DNA of 64,000 bases from Anaerolineales bacterium (GTDB lineage Bacteria > Chloroflexota > Anaerolineae > Anaerolineales > Villigracilaceae), in NCBI GenBank assembly GCA_030583905.1, contig CP129481.1, forward strand, positions 2,260,136-2,324,135, in the 5' to 3' direction. A model generated the notes under the pieces. It was not told the origin of the DNA. It did not search any database and was given only the letters and a program-made list of their open reading frames with translations. Each line of letters begins with the position of its first letter. The stretch's first letter is position 1. The position numbers were made by a program, and so were the translations under genes. Positions 28,437-37,153 of the stretch are shown in pieces.

Positions 28437-30980
28437 CTATTTCAAAAACTTCTTCTGCCACTCGAACAACTTGTTCAATGCCTCGATGGGGGAAAGCGCG
28501 TTCACATCCAGTTCCTTCAACTCATCTAATAGCGGATTGGTCTCCGGGAACAGCGCCACTTGCTGTGCCGCCTGCGGATTGATCTTCACGCCGCGCGCAG
28601 CAGAACGCTCGAGTTCCGCCATGATCTCGTTCGCGCGCCCGATGACGGGGGAAGGCAGTCCCGCCAGTTGCGCGACATGGATGCCGTAGGAACGGTCTGC
28701 GCCGCCGGGGATGATCTTATGCAAAAACACCACTTTGTTATCCGCTTCGCTGACCGCCACGTTGTAATTGCGCACGCCGGGCAGTAACTCGGCGAGTTGG
28801 GTCAGTTCGTGATAGTGCGTGGCGAATAATGTTTTCGCCCGCAGCTGCGGATGATTGTGGATGTATTCGATGATGCCCCACGCAATGGACAACCCGTCAT
28901 AGGTCGAAGTGCCGCGCCCGATCTCGTCCAGGATCAGCAGACTGCGCGGCGTGGCGTGATGCAAAATGTTCGCCGCCTCCACCATCTCCACCATGAAGGT
29001 GGACTGCCCTGCATGGATTTCATCCTGCGCGCCGATACGGGTGAAGATGCGGTCCACCAAGCCGATTCTTGCCGATGCGGCAGGCACGAACGAACCCATC
29101 TGTGCCATCAACACGATCAGCGCGGTCTGCCGCAGGTAGGTGGACTTGCCGCTCATGTTCGGTCCCGTGATGACGCGCACCACCTCGCCTTTTTCGAAGA
29201 TGACATCGTTCGGGATGTAGCGCTCGGACTTCAACAACTGTTCGACGACGGGATGCCGTCCGTCGCGGATCTCCAGCCCGCCGCCCTCGTGCACCTCCGG
29301 CTTGACGTACCCGTTCAAAGCGGACACTTCGCCCAGCGCAGACAACACGTCCAATTCGGCGATGGCTCTTGCAGTGGACAGTAATTGATGCGCCGCCTTG
29401 GCGATCTCGGCACAAATTTCTTTGAACAAGCGCAGTTCAATTTCGCGGATGCGCTCTTCCGCGTTCAGCACCAGCGTTTCGTATTCCTTCATCTCCGGTG
29501 TGATGAAGCGCTCGGCATTGACCAGTGTCTGCTTGCGGATGTAATGTCCGGGGGCTTTGTCTGCCGCGCCGCGCGAGATTTCGATGTAATAGCCGAAGAC
29601 CTTGTTGTAGCCGACCCTGAGCGTTTTGATGCCTGTTTTCTCGCGTTCCACGCCTTCGAGGTTGGCGATCCAATCGCGGGCATGTTTCGAGGCGTCGATG
29701 ACCGCATCCAGTTCCTGCGAATACCCGGCGCGGATGATGCCTGTGTTCTGCAGGGTGGCGGGCGGATCGTCATCCAGCGCGTTCTGCAGTAACCTCAACT
29801 GCTCCGCACAAACTGACCACTGCCTTCCGCCTTCTGCCTTCTGTTCGCCAATTATCTCTTTCACTTTCGGCAATTGTTCCAGTGTTGCGCGCATCGCGGC
29901 TAGATCGCGCGGCTGTGCCTGACCCGCGATCACGCGGTTGACGAGTCGTTCCAGGTCGGCGAGCGGCTTGAGCGCGTCGCGTAATTCGGCGCGCACCATG
30001 CCCTGTTGGACGAAGTGCTCCACGCCGTTCTGACGTTTCTGGATCTTCTCCACGTGCAGGAGCGGCTGGCTGACCCACTGGTGGATCAGGCGTTTGCCCA
30101 TCGGGGTGATGGTCAGGTCGAGCGTGCCGAGCAGGGAGCCTTTGCGTTGTCCGCGCAGGGTCTCATCCAATTCCAGATTGCGGCGCGTGGAGGCGTCCAG
30201 CGTCATGAACTCGTTCAGGCTGTACGAGCGCAGGGAGTTGAGCAGGTGCAGCGCGTCGGGCTGGGTCTCTTTGAGATATTGCACGATCGCCCCCGCCGCG
30301 CGCACGGAGAGACTGTTCGCCTTGAGCCCGAAGCCGTCCAGCGTGGAGGCGTTGAACTGCGTCAATAGGGTGTCGTTGCATTTGCCCGCTTCGAACTTCC
30401 AGGAAGGCAGTGCGGTGACATGACCGGAGATGCCGTCGGGCAGGGTCTGGCTGTCGGGGTAAAGGATCTCGGCAGGGTGCAGTCTCGTCAACTCGGCGCG
30501 TAAGGCTTCCAGCGGCAGTTCGGTGACGGCGAACTCCCCGGTGGTGACGTCGGTATAGGAAACAGAGGCAGTCTGCCCGTCGAGGAAGAGCGAGGCGAGA
30601 TAGTTGTTCGCATCCCCCGGCAGCAGCCCCGGTTCGGTCACCGTCCCGGGCGTGACCACGCGCACGACCTTGCGCGGAAAGATGCCCTTGCTGGGCTGGT
30701 CGCCGACCTGTTCGCAGATGGCGACGTGATAGCCCTTTTCGATCAGGCGCGCAAGATAATTCTCGACGGCATGATACGGGATGCCTGCCAGCGGCACGCG
30801 CACACCGCCGCCGACCGGGCGCGACGTGAGCACGATGTCCAGTTCGCGCGCGGTGATCTCGGCGTCTTCATCGAAGGTTTCGTAGAAGTCGCCGAGGCGG
30901 AAGAACAGGATGCTGCCGGGATATTCTTTTTTGATATCGAGGTATTGCTGGCGGACGGGGGTGACGTCATCTTTGGGCAT
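28437..30980 (-). CDS. mutS: DNA mismatch repair protein MutS
   Basis: FFRLGDFYETF, ITGPNMSGKSTYLRQ, STFMVEM, LDEIGRGTST, ATHYHEL, SYGIHVA. Confidence 0.98.
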   Translation of the reverse strand: MPKDDVTPVRQQYLDIKKEYPGSILFFRLGDFYETFDEDAEITARELDIVLTSRPVGGGVRVPLAGIPYHAVENYLARLIEKGYHVAICEQVGDQPSKGIFPRKVVRVVTPGTVTEPGLLPGDANNYLASLFLDGQTASVSYTDVTTGEFAVTELPLEALRAELTRLHPAEILYPDSQTLPDGISGHVTALPSWKFEAGKCNDTLLTQFNASTLDGFGLKANSLSVRAAGAIVQYLKETQPDALHLLNSLRSYSLNEFMTLDASTRRNLELDETLRGQRKGSLLGTLDLTITPMGKRLIHQWVSQPLLHVEKIQKRQNGVEHFVQQGMVRAELRDALKPLADLERLVNRVIAGQAQPRDLAAMRATLEQLPKVKEIIGEQKAEGGRQWSVCAEQLRLLQNALDDDPPATLQNTGIIRAGYSQELDAVIDASKHARDWIANLEGVEREKTGIKTLRVGYNKVFGYYIEISRGAADKAPGHYIRKQTLVNAERFITPEMKEYETLVLNAEERIREIELRLFKEICAEIAKAAHQLLSTARAIAELDVLSALGEVSALNGYVKPEVHEGGGLEIRDGRHPVVEQLLKSERYIPNDVIFEKGEVVRVITGPNMSGKSTYLRQTALIVLMAQMGSFVPAASARIGLVDRIFTRIGAQDEIHAGQSTFMVEMVEAANILHHATPRSLLILDEIGRGTSTYDGLSIAWGIIEYIHNHPQLRAKTLFATHYHELTQLAELLPGVRNYNVAVSEADNKVVFLHKIIPGGADRSYGIHVAQLAGLPSPVIGRANEIMAELERSAARGVKINPQAAQQVALFPETNPLLDELKELDVNALSPIEALNKLFEWQKKFLK

Positions 30981-31024
30981 CTGCTAATTTTACTATGGGC
31001 GAATGACTTGGGCTATAATCTCAA

Positions 31025-31108
31025 GTCATTGCGAGGAGGGCGCAGCTCGACGCGGCAATCTCCTCATAAGCGGGGGGATTGCTTCGCCCCTGCGGGTCTC
31101 GCAACGAC
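31025..31108. repeat. REP/RPE-like palindromic element
   Basis: GTCATTGCGAG...GCAATC...GATTGCTTCG...CTCGCAACGAC nested inverted repeats. Confidence 0.75.
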
Positions 31109-31139
31109 ATGAAAGATAGGATGGTGGATGTGATGAGCA

Positions 31140-31218
31140 ATCCACAGATTGCGCCGATGTCCGCAGAGCATTTCCTTGTTTGGGTTTCAATCTGCCCAAT
31201 TCTGCGTCATCTGCGGAT
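31140..31218. repeat. REP-like element of a second family
   Basis: ATCCACAGATTGCGCCGAT ... TCTGCGTCATCTGCGGAT imperfect inverted repeat. Confidence 0.55.
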
Positions 31219-31247
31219 CGATACCGGAATGACATAGGAGCCGATAT

Positions 31248-31994
31248 ATGTATAAACTCGTACTCGTCCGTCATGGACAAAGCACATGGAACCTCGAGAA
31301 CCGTTTCACCGGCTGGACGGATGTGGACCTGACCGATCTCGGCAGGACCGAAGCCGCCGAAGCGGGGAAGTTATTGAAGGACGAAGGCTATGACTTCGAC
31401 ATCGCCTACACGTCCGTGTTGAAGCGCGCCATCAAGACCCTGAACATCATCCAGGACGTCATGGACCGCGACTGGCTGCCGGTCGTGCGCGCCTGGCAGT
31501 TGAACGAACGCCACTACGGCGCACTGCAGGGATTGAACAAAGCCGAAACGGCGGAAAAGTTCGGCGACGAGCAGGTCTTGATCTGGCGGCGCAGTTACGA
31601 TACCCCGCCGCCCGCGCTGGAACCCAGCGACGAGCGCCATCCGAAGTTCGACCGCCGCTATGCCGGGTTGACCGCCGGACAACTGCCTGCCACCGAATCG
31701 CTCAAGATCACCCTGGAGCGCGTCCTGCCGTACTGGCATTCCACGCTCGCGCCGGAGATCAAGGCGGGCAGGCGCGTGATGATCGTCGCGCACGGCAACT
31801 CGATCCGCGCGATGGTCAAATACCTCGATGACATGTCCGAAGCGGATATCGTCGCCTTGAACATCCCGACCGGCTTGCCGCTGGTCTATGAACTGGATGG
31901 GAACCTGAAGCCGCTCAAGAAGTATTATCTCGGCGACCCCGAAGAAGCCGCCAAGAGAGCCGAAGCGGTGGCGAAACAGGCGCAGGTTAAATAG
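31248..31994 (+). CDS. gpmA: 2,3-bisphosphoglycerate-dependent phosphoglycerate mutase
   Basis: [48 protein letters not shown]. Confidence 0.97.
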   Translation: MYKLVLVRHGQSTWNLENRFTGWTDVDLTDLGRTEAAEAGKLLKDEGYDFDIAYTSVLKRAIKTLNIIQDVMDRDWLPVVRAWQLNERHYGALQGLNKAETAEKFGDEQVLIWRRSYDTPPPALEPSDERHPKFDRRYAGLTAGQLPATESLKITLERVLPYWHSTLAPEIKAGRRVMIVAHGNSIRAMVKYLDDMSEADIVALNIPTGLPLVYELDGNLKPLKKYYLGDPEEAAKRAEAVAKQAQVK

Positions 31995-32001
31995 ATGTTC
32001 C

Positions 32002-32033
32002 AGCCCCTAAAGGTTTCAAGACCTTTAGGGGCT
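32002..32033. repeat. Hairpin (REP-like or terminator) between gpmA and the oxidoreductase
   Basis: AGCCCCTAAAGGT-ttcaag-ACCTTTAGGGGCT. Confidence 0.6.
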
Positions 32034-32040
32034 TTATCAA

Positions 32041-35000
32041 ATGACCCTCTCCCCCGACTTTTTCCACGAACTCAAAAAGCGCTTCACGGGCGACATCCGG
32101 CTGGACCCCGCCTCGAAAGCCTTATATTCCACCGACGCCTCGGTCTATCAGATCGAGCCGCTGGGAGTCGCCCTGCCGAAGACGCAGGACGACCTGCATG
32201 CCGCGGTTGAGCTGGCGGCGAAGCACCGCGTTCCCATCCTGCCGCGCGGATCGGGCTCCTCGCTGGCGGGACAAGCCGTGGGGGACGCCCTGATCCTGGA
32301 TTGCTCGCGTCATCTCGATGCCATCCTTTCGATTGATCCCGAGACCCATTCCGCCGTTGTGGAACCCGGCGTGGTGCTGTCCGATCTCAACCGCGCGTCC
32401 GCAGCGTATGGCTTGACCTTCGGTCCCGACCCGGCTTCGGCGGAGCGCGCCACGCTGGGCGGCGTGATCGGCAACAATGCCACCGGCGCGCACTCCATCG
32501 TATACGGCATGTCGGCGGACCATTTGCTCGCGGCGGATGTGATCCTTTCGGACGGGAGTTTGGCGATTTTCGATGATTCGATATTCGATGCTTCGAGAGC
32601 AGGTATGAGCGTTTCGAATACTCGCTTATCGAATATCGTTTCCGCAGTTCAAGATATCCGCACACACCACGCCAACGCCATCAAACAGAACCATCCCAAG
32701 TCGTGGCGCAACTCGGCGGGCTACCGGCTCAATTACCTGCTGCCGTGGAGTCCCTCCGCGCCGCCGCAATGGGATGCGCATGATTTCGGTCTACCAGCGG
32801 CGGTCTACCGCCCAACGTCCACCGTCAATCTGGCGCATCTATTAGCAGGCAGTGAAGGCACGCTGGCAGTCATGCGCCACCTGACCGTCAACCTCGTCCC
32901 CAAGCCACGGCACACGATACTGGGCGTGCTTGCCTATGACAGCATCGCCTCTGCCTGCGACGACGTGCCGCGCCTGTTGGAGTTCAAGCCCAGTGCCGTG
33001 GAGTTGATTCCCCGCATGATCCTCGAGCTGGCGCGCAGCGTACCCGCCTATGCGCGGCAAATGGGCTGGGTGGTGGGCAGTCCCGCCGCGGTGTTGGTGG
33101 TGGAGTTCAGCGGCGACCAGCCGTCGGGGTTGAAAGAGGCGCTGCGCCGTCTGGCTGTGCCACGTCCCGGCAGTCCGGTCAGCGGTCCGCTGTTGACCAT
33201 CGCCGAGAGCGCCGAAGAGCAGGCGCGCATCTGGAACGTGCGCAAGGTGGGGCTGGGCATATTGGATTCGCGCCCGCAGGCGGCGCGACCGCTGGCGTTC
33301 ATCGAAGACTGCGCCATCCCGGTGGAGCGTTTGGGCGAGTTCGTGCGCGAGGTGGAGCGCATGCTCGAAGCGCACGGCACGTTCGGCGGCATCTATGCCC
33401 ATGCCTCGGCGGGCTGCCTGCACATCCGCCCGGTGCTGAACGCGCAGACCGGCGAGGGCGTGCGCGCCATGCGCAGCATCAGCGAACAGGTCTTCGCGTT
33501 GACGATGCGGCTGGGCGGCTCGATGAGCAGTGAGCACGGCGACGGACTCGCGCGCGGGGAATACATCGAACGCACCTACGGGAAGGAAGTCACCGATGCC
33601 ATGCGGCGCTTGAAACATGCCGCCGACCCGCATCATCTTCTGAACCCCAGAAAGATGTTCGACGCGCCGCCGATGGACACGCACCTGCGCTACCGCACAG
33701 ACCAGACACCGCAGGCATGGGAAGCCGCCCTGCACTTCGAGCACGAGCGCGGGCTGAGCGGGGCGGTCGAAATGTGCAACGGGCAGGGCGTGTGCCGCAA
33801 ACAAACCGGCGTGATGTGCCCGTCGTTTCAAGCCACGCGCGAGGAAGGCTTGAGCACCAGAGGCAGGGCGAATTTGTTGCGGGGTTTGTCGAAGATCGAA
33901 TATTCGAATACTCGATATTCGGAACTCGAATTGGCGGCTTTCCAAACGTTGGATTTGTGCCTCGCCTGCAAGGGCTGTACCTCCGAGTGCCCCAGCGGCG
34001 TGGACATGCCCAAACTCAAGTACGAGTTCATGCACCAGTATTACAAGCGTCACGCGCGCCCGTTGCGCGACTACCTGTTCGGCTACTTCCACCTCGCCGC
34101 GCAGGTCTTGAGCCCCATCGCGCCGCTGGCGAACCTCTTCATGGATATGACCTTTTCGCGGAAGATGATCGCACGCCTGCTGGGGCTTGCCGAACAGAGA
34201 CCGTTCCCGCGCTTTACGAAGCCGCGCTTCCGAGCCGACCTGCAAACGGGTCGTTCCAAGTCGGTCATTTTCCTGTCCGATGTCTTTTCGCATTACATCG
34301 AGCCGGAGGTGGAAGAGGCGGCGGTCTTCCTCTTGAACGGACTCGGCTACGACGTAAAACTCCTGCCGGTGATCGGCGCGGGCGCGTCCCTGCTCTCGAA
34401 GGGATTCATCCCAGCCGCGCAACGCCACGCAGAAAAAGTTCTGGACGAGATACAACGTCTGGACGGGGGGGCAGGCTTGAGCGTGGTGGGATGCGAACCG
34501 CCGGAGGTCTATTGCCTCAAGGACGAGTACACGTCCTTATTGCCGGGTCGTCGTGAGGAGATCCGCGCGTTGATCGGACGGGTCTGGCTGGTGGAGGAAT
34601 TCATCCTGCGCGATGCGACCTCACCCCCAGCCCCTCTCCTAGCAGGAGAGGGGGGGAAGTTGGTATTCCAGCCGCATTGCCACCAGCGCGCGCAGGGACC
34701 GGCGGATGACGGCTTGCCCTCCGGCACAGCTGCCACGGTCGAGATGTTGAGGCTGTTCGGCTTCGAGGTGGAAACGCTCGAGGCAGGCTGCTGCGGCATG
34801 GCGGGCACGTTCGGGTATGATGCCGGGCATTACGAGCTTTCGATGAAGGTGGGGGAGTTGGGGGTGCTGCCGAAAATACGTTCGCTTTCCCCCTCCCAGC
34901 CTCCCCCACATCCGAAAGGAACATTTGGAGGAGTGAGGGAAACCCCCGGCACGGATGTGGGGGAGGTGTCACGCAGTGACGGAGGGGGTAGTGGAATCGT

Positions 35001-35118
35001 TTCCAGCGGCGCGGCGTGCCGGATGCAGATCCAGCAGGGGGCGGGGGTGGAGGCGCGGCATCCGCTAGTGGTGGCGGCAGAAGCATGGCGTACAGGTACG
35101 ATCAATCCAGTGAGGTGA
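32041..35118 (+). CDS. FAD-binding (Fe-S) oxidoreductase, GlcD/GlcF-fused type (YdiJ-like)
   Basis: PRGSGSSLAGQA, GPDPAS, GSEGTL, HAS.GCLH.RP, SEHGDG, C..C.GC..ECP, HCHQ, CCGMAG.FG. Confidence 0.92.
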   Translation: MTLSPDFFHELKKRFTGDIRLDPASKALYSTDASVYQIEPLGVALPKTQDDLHAAVELAAKHRVPILPRGSGSSLAGQAVGDALILDCSRHLDAILSIDPETHSAVVEPGVVLSDLNRASAAYGLTFGPDPASAERATLGGVIGNNATGAHSIVYGMSADHLLAADVILSDGSLAIFDDSIFDASRAGMSVSNTRLSNIVSAVQDIRTHHANAIKQNHPKSWRNSAGYRLNYLLPWSPSAPPQWDAHDFGLPAAVYRPTSTVNLAHLLAGSEGTLAVMRHLTVNLVPKPRHTILGVLAYDSIASACDDVPRLLEFKPSAVELIPRMILELARSVPAYARQMGWVVGSPAAVLVVEFSGDQPSGLKEALRRLAVPRPGSPVSGPLLTIAESAEEQARIWNVRKVGLGILDSRPQAARPLAFIEDCAIPVERLGEFVREVERMLEAHGTFGGIYAHASAGCLHIRPVLNAQTGEGVRAMRSISEQVFALTMRLGGSMSSEHGDGLARGEYIERTYGKEVTDAMRRLKHAADPHHLLNPRKMFDAPPMDTHLRYRTDQTPQAWEAALHFEHERGLSGAVEMCNGQGVCRKQTGVMCPSFQATREEGLSTRGRANLLRGLSKIEYSNTRYSELELAAFQTLDLCLACKGCTSECPSGVDMPKLKYEFMHQYYKRHARPLRDYLFGYFHLAAQVLSPIAPLANLFMDMTFSRKMIARLLGLAEQRPFPRFTKPRFRADLQTGRSKSVIFLSDVFSHYIEPEVEEAAVFLLNGLGYDVKLLPVIGAGASLLSKGFIPAAQRHAEKVLDEIQRLDGGAGLSVVGCEPPEVYCLKDEYTSLLPGRREEIRALIGRVWLVEEFILRDATSPPAPLLAGEGGKLVFQPHCHQRAQGPADDGLPSGTAATVEMLRLFGFEVETLEAGCCGMAGTFGYDAGHYELSMKVGELGVLPKIRSLSPSQPPPHPKGTFGGVRETPGTDVGEVSRSDGGGSGIVSSGAACRMQIQQGAGVEARHPLVVAAEAWRTGTINPVR
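34889..34988 (-). repeat. MITE/REP-like element copy, in frame inside the oxidoreductase
   Basis: Reverse complement reads CCCCCTCCG..CACCTCCCCCACATCCG...CGGATGTGGGGGAGGCTGGGAGGGGG, matching 35692 and 49251. Confidence 0.7.
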
Positions 35119-35123
35119 TAACA

Positions 35124-35690
35124 ATGCTCAAACGGACTTCGGATTTCTTCTATTCCATTTCGAAAGGCTGGCTGGCGCTGGTCGCGCTGGCGGTCTTCGC
35201 GGTCTTTATCGGCGTCATCCTGCCGGGGCAGGCGGCGCAGGCAGAGACGTACAGCGCGGAGGCGGGCTCGCCCGATACATCCTTCTTCTATACGCCCGCC
35301 GACCTGTACCGCATGGCGGAGGCGTACGGCGCGGAGGGACGGGACGCCTATATCCGCGCGCGCCTGACCTTCGATGTGGTCTGGCCCCTCGCGTATCTGT
35401 TCTTTCTCGGTACCGCCGTCAGTTGGGCGTTGACGCGCGCCCTGTCCGCAGGGAACCGCTGGCGGTTGCTCAACCTGTTTCCGCTGGCGGGCGTGGTCTT
35501 CGACTATCTCGAGAACGTCTCTGCCGTGCTGGTGATGAGGCACTACCCCGACCCGACCCCGTTCGTGGATGTGATGACGCCGGTCTTCACAGCGCTGAAG
35601 TGGTTCTTCGTCAACGGCAGTTTTGTGATCCTGCTCGCGGGACTGGTCTGGGCGGGCTGGCGTTGGTTGCGGCGTCGTTCGGCGGGGTGA
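35124..35690 (+). CDS. Hypothetical membrane protein
   Basis: Four hydrophobic segments; RBS gaggtg before ATG 35124. Confidence 0.7.
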   Translation: MLKRTSDFFYSISKGWLALVALAVFAVFIGVILPGQAAQAETYSAEAGSPDTSFFYTPADLYRMAEAYGAEGRDAYIRARLTFDVVWPLAYLFFLGTAVSWALTRALSAGNRWRLLNLFPLAGVVFDYLENVSAVLVMRHYPDPTPFVDVMTPVFTALKWFFVNGSFVILLAGLVWAGWRWLRRRSAG

Positions 35691-35691
35691 G

Positions 35692-35817
35692 ACCCCCCTC
35701 CGCCTTCGGCACCTCCCCCAACTCCGACGATTCAAACTCTGAATCATTTTGTAAGCGCTTTATTGTCGGATTTGGGGGAGGATGGGTGGGGGCGGGGGAG
35801 GACGGGTGGGGGCGGGG
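35692..35817 (+). repeat. MITE/REP-like element copy
   Basis: Core CCGACGATTCAAACTCTGAATCATTTTGTAAGCGCTT.ATTGTCG.ATTTGGG.GAGGA.GGGTGGGGGCGG nearly identical to 49298-49379. Confidence 0.85.
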
Positions 35818-35836
35818 TGTGCGGGGTGAGGCGCGT

Positions 35837-36811
35837 TTACGGTTCCCATTGGAAGTGGATCAGCGCGAAGAGCGTCGGCTTGCCTTCTACGTATTCCACA
35901 CCGACCGTCCATGCGCGCCAATCCAACCCGCCGTATTGCTCCGTGCCGGGTTTGTAGATGGTATAGAAATTGATGTTGGCATATTCGGGGGACCAGGGCT
36001 GCAGGGCAAAGGTGGCGAGGTCGAGCGTGTCGTTGCAGTGCATGGAATAATTGCCGCCGAACACTTCCTGTAATTTCGGCAAAGGCTGGGCGGTGAACGT
36101 GCCTTTTGTCTCTTCGCCGCTGCCGGGCGCGGCTCCCCAGCTGACCTCATACTCCGACTGAAATGCCCATTGCGCTTCTTCCGGTGAGTAGTTCGCCACC
36201 GTGCCATAGCGCCACAAGCGCAGGTCCAAGCCGTGGACGGGGCTGACCAGTGCACGGAGCAGGTCGCCGTTGCTGTTGAGCAGGGCGCTCTTTAGATCGT
36301 TGAGCAGACTGGTCACACGCGCATCCGCGCAGAAGGCGGAGGAGGACACGTGCTCGGTCAGGAAGTTGGCATTGACCCAGCCTGTGCCGCCGCCCGGGTT
36401 CTGGATCTCGACCCAGCGGTCTCCGCCCGCGCTGGCGGCTGGACCGGTGCGGTTCACGCCGGACGCCGTTGGCTGGAGCGTGCCGACGATGCTGTTCCCC
36501 ACTCCCGCGCCGGTGCGGATGTTGAGCACATCGCCGGGCAATACCAGCACCACGGCATAGGGATTATTCATGCCGGTCACTGGCGGCAGGGACGTGGCAG
36601 TAACCGCCGGGTTGAGCGTCGGCGCGAGGGTGGCGCTCGGTACGAGCGCCGTCTCTATGACGATGGGCGTGGCGGAGGCGGGGATGAGGGTGGCGGTTTC
36701 AAAGGCAGGCAGGGGGCTGGGGGGAGGCGTGGCGGTCGGCGGAGCTTGCGGGGCGCACGCCGCGGCGGCGAGGGTCACGATCAACATGCAAAACAGGGAT
36801 TTGGTCTTCAT
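35837..36811 (-). CDS. SH3b-domain lipoprotein
   Basis: Lipobox LAAAAC, Pro/Thr linker, VLNIRTGAG...WVEI..P.GGTGWVNA.FL; RBS aaggag before ATG 36811. Confidence 0.8.
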   Translation of the reverse strand: MKTKSLFCMLIVTLAAAACAPQAPPTATPPPSPLPAFETATLIPASATPIVIETALVPSATLAPTLNPAVTATSLPPVTGMNNPYAVVLVLPGDVLNIRTGAGVGNSIVGTLQPTASGVNRTGPAASAGGDRWVEIQNPGGGTGWVNANFLTEHVSSSAFCADARVTSLLNDLKSALLNSNGDLLRALVSPVHGLDLRLWRYGTVANYSPEEAQWAFQSEYEVSWGAAPGSGEETKGTFTAQPLPKLQEVFGGNYSMHCNDTLDLATFALQPWSPEYANINFYTIYKPGTEQYGGLDWRAWTVGVEYVEGKPTLFALIHFQWEP

Positions 36812-36843
36812 GGGTTCTCCTTCCATCTCCATATTAACGCCAA

Positions 36844-37023
36844 ACGGACATATTTTGTGCCCCCCATATATGGGGGGTGGAATCGGCATTTCTGTACGTT
36901 TCAGGGACCCTCAAAGCCGCTGAGACCTCAACACATGTCAACAGATGTCAACACATCTCAACACATCCCAGCACATCCCAACACGGACAAGGAGACCCCC
37001 ATATATGGGATTTGCATTTTTGT
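36844..37023. repeat. Duplicated CCCCCATATATGGG palindrome flanking a 10-mer tandem array
   Basis: CCCCCCATATATGGGGGG at 36860-36877, second copy at 36996-37009; six (C/G)TCAACACAT-like units at about 36927-36985. Confidence 0.65.
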
Positions 37024-37153
37024 CAGGAGGGGGGTGGGAAGGCGGGACAGAGGGGCGCACACTGGCGCATGGGATGCGTTGCAGGATGGTGGAAATTCAT
37101 TAAAAGACGGGTTTTCACCGTATAATTGCGCCATCTAGATTATGAGGTGGGCT

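Noticed and set aside
32842-34455. 537-aa minus-strand ORF
   Set aside because: Antisense shadow of the GC-rich oxidoreductase; no motifs.
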